This document shows positions 13,301 through 25,300 of a DNA stretch of 64,000 bases, piece after piece (the stretch's first letter is position 1; the number at the start of each line of letters is the position of its first letter). Position numbers and translations under genes: made by a program. The notes under the pieces were generated by a model. The model worked only from the letters and a program-made list of their open reading frames with translations. It did not search any database and was not told the DNA's origin. Location of the stretch: positions 6,563 through 70,562 of the forward strand of contig JBBSKF010000002.1 in NCBI GenBank assembly GCA_038256525.1, read 5' to 3'. The DNA comes from Mycobacteriales bacterium (GTDB lineage: Bacteria > Actinomycetota > Actinomycetes > Mycobacteriales > SCTD01).

Positions 13301-16300
13301 GGCGAGGAAGAACGACTCCTCTTCACCGAGGTTGGTGGCGCCGCCCATGTCGCTGAAGGACCCGGACCGGAAGCGCACGGTGACAACGCCGGCGACCGGC
13401 AGGACCCCGGTGAACGTGTAGAGCCAGGTGTTGAGCTTGCCGACCACCCTCGTGGGTGGGCTGTTGACCAGCGGGCGAAGCGTGCCGTTGACCAGCACCT
13501 CGATCTCGTGGTCGGGGTCGGTGATCGTCGCGTCGCGGAGCGCGACGCCGTCGTTGGTGGCGTTGAAGACGACCTCGATGCTGTTGCCGATGTCGCCACT
13601 GGTGACCGTCGCACCGCGCAGCGGCTTGGGCTTGCCGCCGAGGTTGTAGGTGCCGAGGTCGGCGGTCAGGAAGCGAGTCGGCGTCTCACCGGCCACGGGA
13701 GCGGCGTCACCCGACTGCGGGAACAGCGAGAAGCCGTTCACCGCGAAGCTCTGGAGCCGGAAGCCGGTGAGGGGCGAGATGGTGAAGCTGCCCGAGCCGG
13801 CCAGCCGGACGACATCGGTGCCGCCCACGGTGACGAGCACATAGGCCGGAGCCAGTGCGACGTCCAGCGTGCCGTTGGGCTGGCGGCTCAATCCGAGCGT
13901 GCCGCCCAGCGTGAAGACGCCGAGGACCTCGAACTTCGCGTTGCTGGCGGTGAACTGGAAGCTGGAGCGGTTCACCTTGACCTCGGTCACGGGCACGGGC
14001 GCGGTGGGGTTGGCGTCCCGGACCTTGATGTCCTGGTCGAGCGTGGTGTTGATCGCGAACGTCACATCGCCGCTGACGCTCAGGCCCGGCAGACCGAGCA
14101 GGGACAGTGTGCCGGTCACGTGCAGGGCGAAACCCACGCCGCCGGTGCCCTGCTTGAACAGGACGGTGGCGTTGGTGACGAGCACGCCGATCGCGTCCGG
14201 GTTCGGCGTGCCGTCGTCGAGCTTCGAGGGGCCGCGGCCGATGAACAGCTCGAGGTTGGTGCCCTGGAACGCACCGGCCGAGATGCGGAAATCACCGCGG
14301 ATCTCGAGCAGGTCCCCGAAGTCGAAGGCGACGTTCTGCGCGAGGAAGGCGAAGTAGCCGGGACCGGCCGGGATGTCCAGGTCGATGATCGTGCCGGCGA
14401 CGTCGATCGTCTCGTTCACCGTTCGAGAAGTCGTGTTGATCTGGAAGCCGACCGTGGCGTCCAGTGTGAACAACGGTGCCAAGGCGTCGGTCGCAACCCG
14501 GCCCAGGATCTGCCCGGCGATACCACCCGTCGGACCGCTATACAGGACGAAGGCGCCCTGCGCGTCCTTCAACCCCGGGTTCGGACGCTGCGTGTTGCTT
14601 GCATCCTTGCCGAGGTCGGTGGTGCTGCTGAGCGACGCGCGGGCGAAGCCGAAGCGGGTGACCGGCACATCGTCCGCGGTGTCGGCCAGCTTGTCTGGCC
14701 CGACAGTCTTCACCCGCTCGATGACGAGGTCGGTGACCAGCTTGACGCCGCCGAAGGCGACCGTGGCCTGGGTGGCAACCACCCGCAGGTAGGGGCCGGC
14801 CGGCAGTTCGAGCAGACCGAAGACCGGAACCGTCTCGCTGATGGCCGTCCGCGTGTTGTTGATCTGCACCGTGAGGGTGCCGGTGACCGTGACCTTCTCC
14901 TTGAGCTTGTCGGTCAGGTCGATGGTCCCGCCGAACTGGCCGGCCATCCCCGCGGGGGTGAGGATGAGGACGCCAGAACCGTCGCTGACGAGAACGCCTT
15001 CGTCGTCGGCCGTACCAGCACCTCCGGGGTCACCCAGGAACATCTCGAGGTCCGCGAAGCCGATCCGGACGACCTTGGTGCCGGCGGCCGTGGTGGTCTG
15101 CGAGAAGAACAGCACCGCCTCGATGCGCTGGCCGAGCACCATGAGCACGACCTTGCTGGCCGGGTTGGCAGTGGTGGCCTCGGCGACAGTGACGCCGGCC
15201 TGGACCGAGAAGTACGGCGCCCCGGCACCGAAGGTGCCGAACGAGATCTTGCTGCTCGGGATCGTCAGCGAGAACTGTGCGGTGTCCAGTCCCGGGAAGG
15301 TGATCGAGCCGATCGTCAGCTCCCCCTGGACTCCGGCCGGCTGGATCACGATGCTGCCGCTGACGCTGATGCTGGCGAACGTGGTCGCGCCGTTGCCCAG
15401 GCTGAGGGTGACCCCGGTGAGCACGAGAGTCAGCGTCGTCAGCGTCGTGCCGCTCTTGGTGAAACTGAACCCACCGGTGAGCGTCTGCCCGGCGATGACG
15501 ACACTCACGCCGGTGCCGGTGACGGTGAATCGCTTCGTCATGGGCCGGGTGTCGAGCTCGATCCCGAACGTGCCGCTCACCGCGACGCCGGGGATGTCGA
15601 CGGCGACGTCGGCCGTGACTATGCCGACGATGCCGTCGGTGGCGAGGGTGAACTCGCCCTCGCCGTTGGTGACGAGCACGACGTCCCGGTCCGCCGAGCC
15701 AAGGCGCAGGCTCAGGTTGCTGAACCGGATTCGCGTGACCTCGACGTCATCGGTCGTGCCGAGCGAGCCGTCCGCGCCGAGCCCGGTCGTCGCTCGCTCG
15801 ACCGTCACGTCAGCGGTCAACCGCTGGCCGTCGATGTCCAGGCTCAGCCCGGTGACCGAGACGCGGACGAAGGGGCCTGCCTCGAGCACGAGCTGCGTGC
15901 TCACCCCGTCGAGGACGAACGTCTCGTCGACCGCGACGGGCAGGATCTTGGCTGGCGTGTCCGGCGTCGTTCGCCGCATGTCGTTGAGCTCGACGCTGAC
16001 GGTGGCGATGATCGACGTGATCCCCGGGACGGTGAGGGTCGCGGTCGCGGTGATCCGCCCGGCCATCCCGTCCGGGGTGAGCAGCAGGAGCGCAGAGCCG
16101 TCAGTCAGGCTGAACCCGGCCGTGCCGGACGGGTCGCCGACGAAGAGACTGACGGCGCTCGCGCTGATCCGGATCGTCTTGCCGTCGTCGGTCGTGCCGG
16201 CGACGCCGTCCGCCCCGGCGGAGGTGACCTGCTCGAAGGCGAAGATCCCGCGCAGCGTCTGACCGAAGGCGGTCAGCTGGAACTTCTGCGCCGTCGTCCC

Positions 16301-19300
16301 CAGCTGCACCTTGACGAAGCGGCCAGGCGGCAGGACCAGTCCCAGAGCCGCGTCGTTCACGGCGGTCGGCATGGTGTTGATCTGCAGCAGGATCGGCACG
16401 CCTGTACCGAAGCTGATCGGCAGGCTGTCGAAGCCGACCAGGTTCACAGTGGCGGTGACCGACGCGGCGACGCCGGTCGGCGTGAGCAACAGGTCGCCGG
16501 TGGCGGTGACCCGCACGCCCTTGTTGGCAGCCGCGTCGCCGAGGAACAGCTCCACACCCGTGAGCGACACCCGGACCGTCCGCGTGGTTCCGGTCGTCAC
16601 CTGCTCGACCCAGATCGCACCGGTGAGCCGCTGACCGCCGATGCTCAGCACCAGGTTGCTGGCGCCGATCGCCAGCCGCTTGGGTCCGCCGGTCGCAATG
16701 GTGACGTTCGCGCCGGCGATCTGGACGACCACGCTGCCGGCGGTGCCGGCGACGGTGTTGACCTCCACCGTGAAGACACCACTCAGCTCGACCCCGGGCA
16801 CGTTCAGGGCAACCGTCCCGGAGAGCTTCCCGGACAGCGCACCCCCACTGAGGACGAACGCGCCCGCCCCATCCGTGAGCGTGACGAGGTCGGTGGTCCC
16901 GTCGCCGAGGCGAAGGGTGATGTCGGACAGGACGAGCACCGTCTTGGCGGCCCCGCCGGTCCCCGACTGCTCGACCGCGATGTTCCCGCTGAGCACCTGA
17001 CCGGCGATGACCAGCCGGACGCCGGTCCCGAAGACCCGCAGGAACGGGCCGGCCGGCAGGTCGAGCGAGACCGCCGTTCCGTCCAGCGTCACGCTCTCGG
17101 TGACGCGCGACGAAGTGCTGTTCAGGGCCAGGCCGAAGCTGCCCGACAACTGCACGTCGCTCGGCAGCAGCGTGCCCGTGTTGATCGTGCCGCTCAGCTG
17201 GCCGGCCATGCCCCCCGGGGCGAGCACGAACAGGCCCTGCACGCCGGTCAGCAGGCCGGTGGCGCCGCCGAGGGTGAGACTGCCGCCGGCGACCGCGAGG
17301 ACGGTACGGCGCTGACCGGAGGCTGTCGTCGACTGCTCGAGGCTGAACGACCCGGTCAGGGTTGGCCCGCCACCGAAGGTGAGCACCACGCCGATACCGA
17401 GGAAGCGCAGGTACGGGCCGGCCGGGAGCCGCGTCCCGTCCGGCAGGACGACCGGCGAGGCGCCGTTGTTCAGCTGCAGCCTGAAGCTGCCCGACAGGCT
17501 GACAGCGCTCCCGAAGCTCAGCGTGGTCTCGAGGGTCAGCTCGCCGGCAACCACACCGCCGGCGATCTGCAGCCTCCCGGTCAGCTCCACGACGCCGAGG
17601 CCCGGTCCGAGGTCGAGCTCGGCCTTCTCGGTCGGGTCGATCACCAGCGTGACGACCCGGGTCCCGTCGGTCCGGGTGACCTGGCTGAACGAGAAGCCGC
17701 CGGTCAGCCTCACACCGGCGACCTGCAGGGAGATGCCGGTGCCGACGATCTTCAGGAACGGTCCGCCGGGGACGGACAAGGTCACCGCGCCGACGGCGGT
17801 GGCAGCGCCGTAACCGCCCTCGCCGTCGCCGGTGCGGCGCTGCGCCGGCCCCGTGCCGGCGGAGGTCGCGACGTCGGCGAGGCTGTCGCCGTCGAGGTCC
17901 CCGACGGCGAGCGCCGCCACGAGCCCGGTGGTGACGGGCGTGGTCAGCGCGAGGAAGCCGAGCCACAGGGTGGAGACGGTGTCTCCGGCCGCGTGGGCGA
18001 CCGCGCCGGCGCCTCTGGTGATCCCGGTGAAGGTCGTGCCGGTCGTGCCCGTGTAGGTGAGGCGCTCGGCGCCGATCACGACGGTGCCGGCGGGCGAGGC
18101 GAAGCCACTTGTCGAGGTGACCGGCAGCGGGGTGGTGGCGCTCGCTGTCACCGCCTCGGTGAGCGTCGTCGTGCGCACCCCGGCGTTGAGGACGACCGAG
18201 ATCCCGGTGCCGGTCGTACGCACGACGTCCAGCCACCCGTCACCGTCGACGTCGGCGAGCGCCACCGCCGTACTCCCGGTGCTCCACAGCGGCAACGTGC
18301 TCAGCGTGAAGGTGCCGTCACCGGCGCCGAGGTAGAGCCGGTCCGCCGTTGCGGCGGCGCCGGAGCCGAGCAGCAGGTCCAGGAAACCGTCCCGGTCGAC
18401 GTCGCCGAGCGCGACCACGGCGGTGGTCGAGGTCAGGCCGGCGACATCGACCCCGACGGCCAGGCCCAGCCACGGGTCGGCGGGCGTCGGGTCGGTGACG
18501 GTGCTCAGGCCGAGGTTCTCGTAGTAGCGGACGACCGAGCCGGTCGTGAGCACGACATCGGGGGCGGCGCTGCCGACGACGTTGCCGATGGCGATGGACC
18601 GCGCCCCGGCGCCGAGATCCGCCACCGAACCAGTGAACCGGGCGTCACCGTCGTTGCGGTAGAGCAGCGTCGTCCCGGTGCCGGCCCGTCCGACCACCAG
18701 GTCGAGGTCACCGTCGAGATCGAGGTCGCCGAGCGCGAGCGCCGTCACGTCGTGGTCGTCCGGGCCGACCCGGAAGGCCGGGATGGTGTCGAACGGGTCG
18801 CCGTCGCCGTCGTTCAGGTGGATCACGACACCGCGGCCGAGCACCGTCGTCGAGCCGATCACCAGGTCGGGACGGCTGTCACCGTTGACGTCGCCGATGG
18901 CGAGGGCGGTCGTCGTACCGGGCTGTGCGCCGAAGGCGACCGTGGCGTTGACCGGTGTGGGGTTGTTGCTGAACAGCAGGGTGAAGGTGCCCGACAGCGC
19001 GACCCCGGGCACGGTGACCGCGACCGTGCCGCTCAGCTCGCCGGCCATCCCGCTGGTGTTGACGACGAAGAACCCGTTTCCGTCGGTCAGCGTGACGTAC
19101 GGCGTGACGCCGTCCCCGAAGGCGGCGCTGACGTTGCGGAGCAGCACCCGTACGACCGGACCGGTGCCGGTCACGGCCTTCTCGAAGACGAAGTCAGCGG
19201 TGAGCCGTTGGCCGGCCATCGACAGCACGACGCCGAGCCCCTCGACCCGAAGGTACGGCCCGCCGGGCAGGTCGATCGCCACCGTCCGGTCGGCGAGCTG

Positions 19301-22300
19301 CACGCTGTCGAGCACCCGCGACGGCGTCGAGTTGACCGCGACGCTGAACGTCCCGGTGAAGGTGACGGCGTCGCCGGGGACGTTCACCGAGATGCCGCCC
19401 GAGAGGCGACCGGCGATCCCGGCGGGGGTGAGCACGAACAGGCCTTCGCCGCCGACCATCGTCACCCCGGCGCTCACCGTGCCGATCGTCAGTCCGACAG
19501 CTGTCGCGGAGATCCGCACCAGGCGCGGCGCCGGAGTGCCCGGCGGCGCGGAGGGCGGGACCGGCCCGACGACCTGCTCGAAGCCGAACACGCCGGTGAG
19601 GCTCTGGCCCGCAACGGTGAGGCTGACCGGCGCGGCCTCGGTGCCGAGCTGCACGCTCACCGAGCGGGCCGGCAGGGCCAGGCCCGAGACGGTCGTCGCC
19701 GCCGGGGTGGTGTTGATCTTCACCTGCACGCCGGACGCCGCGAACGCGATGCCGGGGACCGTCACCTGGATCGTGCCGTCGAGCACGACCGTGGTGCCGG
19801 CCGGCGAGAGCGTGAGCTGTCCGGTGGTGATGACCACCCGCAGCGGGGTGTCCGTGCCGCCGGGCGTCGCCGGGTTGCCCATCGCGATCACGACGTCGGA
19901 CTCGGTCCCCGTGGTGGACACGGCGGCGTCGCCGAGCTTCACGGTCAGGTTTCCGCCCGACTTCTCGAACGACACCGTGCCGCGCAGCGTCATCCCGCCG
20001 GTCGACAGGCGCAGGTCACTCGCGACCACGAGCAGGTACGGGGCCGCGGTCGTCCCGGCCGGCACCGCGAAGTCTGTGCCGGTGAACGCCGCGGCGCCGG
20101 TGTTGTAGAGCACCCGCAGGTCGCCGCTCAGCTCGAAGCCGGAGATGCCGGCCAGCCGGGCGGTGCCGAGCAGCGAGATCGCACGGGTGCCGTCGGCGTG
20201 GTTGAAGACTTTGCCGGAGACGCCCGTGAGGAACAGGCCCACGGCAATGGGGTTCGGCACCTGGCCGAGGCTGTCCAGGAAGCCCGGCCCCTGGCCGATG
20301 AACACCGACAGGCCGGTCAGCTCGACCTCTCCGGCCGTCGTGCTGATGCTGCCGAAGATCTCGACGAAGTCCCCGATCGTGAGGCCACCGGAGGCGGTGA
20401 TCTGCACGTACGGGTCGGTGCCGTCGTGGATGTCGGTCCCCAGGAAGCTGATCGGGATCGTGACGCCGCTGACCGTCACGACCTCGTCGACCGCCGAAGC
20501 CGTGCCGTTGTAGCGGACGGCGATCCGGACGTCGGCCGTGAAGCCGCCGCCGTCCGCCGCCACCTTTCCGGAGAAGGTGCCGGCGACGCCGTCCGGGAGC
20601 AGCACGAACGCGCCCTGGCCCTCGGTGATGCTGACGCCGTCGAGGGTCACAGTCACGCCGGACAGCCCGATGCTCGTCAATCGCACCGGGTTCGCGAGCG
20701 ACACCCGTGGCGCCGCGCCGCCGAGGATCAGGTCGAGGTCGGTGTCGCCGTCGAGGTTGGCGAGGACGACCTGCAGGCTGGTGGTGGCCGCCCCCGTCGT
20801 CGGGCTCGGTGCGACCGGAGCACCGGCCCGGAACCCGGCCCAGTCCGCGCCGGTCCCGCCCCGGTTGAGGTGAAGCAGCGGCGCTCCGGCGGTGCCGAGC
20901 ACCAGGTCGACGTCGCCGTCGCCGTCGACGTCACCGAGCGCGACGCTGCGGTCCTGTGCCCCGAGCAGCGCGACGCCGGTGGCGTCGAGACCGAGCCACG
21001 CACCAGCACCGAAACCCCGGTTGAGGTAGTAGCGGGACGGTGATCCGCTCATCGCGACGACGACGTCGGCGAACCCGTCGCCGTTGATGTCGCCGATGGC
21101 GACGCCGTGGGCGGCTCCGCCCGCCGCCAGCCCGCTCGTCAGCGTCGTCGCGGTCGTGAACCACGGGCTCGACCCGGTGTTGCGGTAGACCCGGTGTGTC
21201 GCGCCGTCGCCGGTCGTCGCGACGACGAGGTCACGCCGGCCGTCGCTGTCGAGGTCGGCGAGGGCGACCCCGACCACCGCGGCGGTGAGCACGTCGGTCC
21301 CGGTGGCGGTGATGCCCTGCCAGGTGCGCGCCGTCCCGGTGCCGGTGAAGCCCGCATTGCGGAACAGCTTCGTGCTCGCGCCGGAGGCGTCGGCGCCGAC
21401 GACGAGGTCGACCAGCCCGTCGCCGTCGACGTCGCCGGCTGCGACGGAGGTGGCGCCGCTGGTGGTCAGGACCGTCGATGCCGTGAAGCTGAGAACCGCG
21501 CCGGTCAGCACCGTCCGGTGCACCCGGGTGGTCTCGCCCACGATGACGATGTCGAGCCGGCCGTCGCTGTCGAGGTCGGCGAGCGCGACCGCCGTGGCGG
21601 CGCCGCCCCCGAAGGTGCAGGAGGCACATGCGGCGAAGGTCGCCGGCGCGAGGGCCGTTCCCGTCCCGCGGAACAGCGTGGCCCCGGTGCTCGTGCCGAC
21701 AAGGGCGTCGAGCACACCGTCGCCGTCGACGTCGCCGACCGCGACGGCGGTGGACGCTGTGCTGCCGAGCGGGTTCGTCGGGGTGTCGAAGCCGGGCTTG
21801 GGGTTCTGGGCGAACTGGAAGGTGCCGCCGGATTCGCCGAAGGTGACACCGCCGATCACGAGTGCGCCGGAGAGCTCCACCCGGACGAAGGGGCCGCCGG
21901 GCACGTCGAGGTCGACCGATCCGATCATGCGGTCCACCGCGAGCGGGCCGGTGTTGAGCGCCAGCCGCAGCACCGGCGTCGGCGGCGTGCCGAGGCTGAT
22001 CCCCGCCGGGAGAACGAAGACGTCCAGCCCGCCGGTGAACACACCCGCGATCCCGCTCGGCGTCACGAGCAGGGCGCCGGACCAGTTGTCGTCAACGTTG
22101 ACGTCGAGGAACGGCGCGCCGGCCGGCCCGATCTCGACGGTGAGGTTCGTGACCGCGATGCTGACCTCGGGCGTCGTGCCGGTCGTCCGTTCGAGAACGA
22201 CGTCCCCGCCGATGCTCTGGCCGGCCACGGTCAACGACGCGCCGATCGCCACGATGCGCACACCCGGCGTCAGGGTGGTCGCGGCAACCGTCTGGTCGAC

Positions 22301-25300
22301 ACCGGTCGTGTTGATCCGCAGCGTCAGGGCGGCGGCGAAGGCGACCCCGGGGACGTCGACGGCGACGCTCGCCGAGACCTCGCCGTACAGCCCGGCCGCC
22401 TTCAGGGTGAAGGTCCCGTTGATCTGCGTGGCCCGGACCAGCGGGGTGGCGGCCGAGCCGAGGGCGAGCTCTCCCTTGTTGACCGCGACCTGCAGCGAGC
22501 CGGTGGCCTTGGTCACGACGAGGTCGCCGGAGAGCCGCTGACCGGCGAAGCCGAGGACCACTCCGGTGCCCCGCAGGCGCAGCGGCAACGAGGCCGCAAG
22601 CTTGAGAACGTGCGTGACCCCGTCGACCACGAAGGTCTCGTCGACCGCCGCGGCGGTCTCGTTCACCTCGAGGCCGAGCGTGCCGGTGAGGGTCACCCCT
22701 GGGACGCCGGTCAGGGCGACAGTGCCGGACGCCCGGCCCGCCACGCCCTCCGGCGCGAGCACGAACAGCGCTTCGCCGCTGGTCAGCGCGAACAGGGTGC
22801 GGGTGCCGTCCCCGAGGGCGGCGCTGACCCGGGTCGCGAACACGCGGAGGACCGTGCGGTCGGCGTCGGCCGCCGTCCCGCCGACGGCGTTGTCGGCGCC
22901 GAGCGCCGTCACCGTCTCGAGGAACAGGTCGCCTCGCAGCACCTGGCCGGCGACGGTGAACACGACGTCGGTGCCGGACACCCGCAGGTACGGGCCGGCC
23001 GGGACGGCCACGACGACGGTGCTGCCGCCCACCTGGAGGGCGGAGGACACGGCGACGCCGGTCGTGTTGACCTGCAGTTGCACCGCGCCCGTGACGGCGA
23101 CACCGAGCGAGGCATCGAGCGACAGGGCGGCACTGAGCTGTCCGGCGATGCCCGCGGTGCGCAGGACGAACAGGCCGGTCACACCGGTGAGCGAGGCCAG
23201 CGGTCCGCTCGTTCCCGCCAGCAGCGTCAGGCTGCCCCCGGTGACACCGAGCCGGACGACCGTCTCGCCGGTGACCGTCGTCACCTGCTCGAGGCTGAAG
23301 GCACCGGTGAGGATCTGCTGCAGCACGGTCAGCTGCAGGCCGGTGCCACCGATGCGCACGTAGGGACCGGCCGGAAGACCCAGCGCGGCAGCGCCCGTCG
23401 TGTTGACCGCCACCGTGATGCCGCCCGTGAGCGAGACACCGGGCAGGGCGACCGCGACGGTCACGGCGAACGAGCCGGCCAGCCCGGCAGCGCCGAGCAC
23501 GAACTGCGCGACGGTATTGGCCAGCTGGGCGACCCTGACGGTGGGGCTCGCTGTCGAGCCCCCCAGCCGCAGTTCGAGATTGCGGCCCTCGAGCCGGACC
23601 ACCGGCTGCCCGGCCGCGTCGACCGTACGGACCAGCACGACATCACCGCGCAGCACCTGACCGAAGACAGCGAGCTCCACCCCGGTGCCGGCGACGCGTA
23701 CGTAGGGACCGGCCTCGAGCACGACCCGCACCGGCGCCGGGGACCCGGCCACGGCGACCATCTCGTCCACCGCGGAGCCGGTGGTGTTCAGCTGGACGGT
23801 CAGGGCGCCGGTCAGCTGCACCGCGGGGACGGCCACCGAGATCGCGCCGGTGATCGTCCCGGCCAGGCCGGTCGGCGTGAGCAGCAGCGCGGCGGTGCCG
23901 CCGGTGACCGACAGGACACCTCCCAGCGACAGGGTGACGCCGGTGGCAGCCACCCGGACGACGGGCGTGTCCGCGTTCGCCATCGTTCCGCCGGGCGCGC
24001 CGTCCGCGCCGAGCAGCAGCGCGCGCTCGATCGTCACGTCACCGGTCAGCTGCTGGCCGAGCACCGACAGCACCAGGCCGGTGCCTTCGAACCGTAGGTA
24101 CGGGCCGGCCGGCACGGTGATGCTCAGCGGCGAGCCCGCCACGACCAGCGAGTCGTCGACCGAGGCGAAGCCGGTGTTGACGGCGACGCTGAGCGCCCCG
24201 GTCAGGCTTGTTCCGGCCGGCAGGGTGAGGGCCACCGAGCCGGTGAGCCGGCCGGCGACCCCGGTGCTGCTCACGACCAGCAGGCCGCTGCCGCCGGTGA
24301 GGCGCACGCCGTGGGGGCCGGCGCCGAGCGACAGCCCGACCCGCGACAGCCCGAGGACGGTGCGCCCTACGCCGTCCGTCCCGGTCACCTGCTGGACGAC
24401 CACGTCGGCAGACAGGAGCTGGCCGAGGATGCCGAGCCGGACGTCGGTCGCCTCCACCAGGACATACGGGCCGGCCGGCAGCTGCAGCGCGATCGTCTCG
24501 CCATCGACGGTGAACGCACGGTCGACCGCCGCGCCGGTGCTGTTGACGGCGACCGAGAAGGCGACCGGGGCGCCGGCAGCGTCGGTCAACGTCACGCCGG
24601 GCAGCGTCACCGTCACACCGCCGGTGAGCCGGCCGGCGAGGCCGGCGGTGCCGAGCACGAAGGCGCCGCTGGCGCCGGTGACGTTGAGCGCGTCGCCGAA
24701 CGAGCGGGTGACCCCCGTCGCGGCGACGACCACCTCGCCGCCATCGGTCTGCTCGAAGGAGAAGGTGCCGGTCAGCGACTGCCCGGCGACCCGCAACACC
24801 GCCGCGGCGGCAACCAGGGAGGTGACCCGCTCGCCGGTGCTGAACTGCACGCGTACGCCCGGACCGGCGCTACCGGGGATCGCGAGGGTCTCATCGACAG
24901 CGACGCCGAGCGTGTTGACCCTGGCGGTGACCGAGCCGGTCAGGGTCACGCCCGGGATGCCGACCAGGCTGACGGTGCCCTCGGCGACGAGGGCATAGGT
25001 CGCGCTCGCGCCGCTACCCGACCGGATCAGCCCGATCCGGCCGTTGGTCAGCAGCACGCCGACCGCGAGCGGGTTGATCTCCCCGGTCGACAGGCGGACC
25101 GGACCGCGGCCGAGGAACACGGTCAGGCCCTCGCCGGCGAAGCGGTCGCCGGCGAAGCTGAGGCTGCCCTCGATCGTGACGAAGTCGCCGATCCGCAGGG
25201 TCGCACCGGTGAGGGAGACCTCGAAGACGGTCGCGGCGGCGTAGGTGACGGTGAGACTGCGTCCGCCGACCTCGACGGTTTCGTTGACCGCCCCGGTGGC

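Noticed and set aside
11231-21043. 3,270-aa plus-strand ORF, the longest in the track. Similar long plus-strand ORFs: 1370-4558, 6776-9067, 21107-24097, 24311-25447, 28244-31270, 9851-11038.
   Set aside because: They lie antisense to the giant minus-strand gene. Their translations are monotonous Gly/Asp/Arg/Glu/Val/Ala strings with no recognisable motifs. Stop-free antisense frames are expected opposite a very GC3-rich gene. The minus 1-mod-3 frame explains the whole region with one motif-rich ORF.
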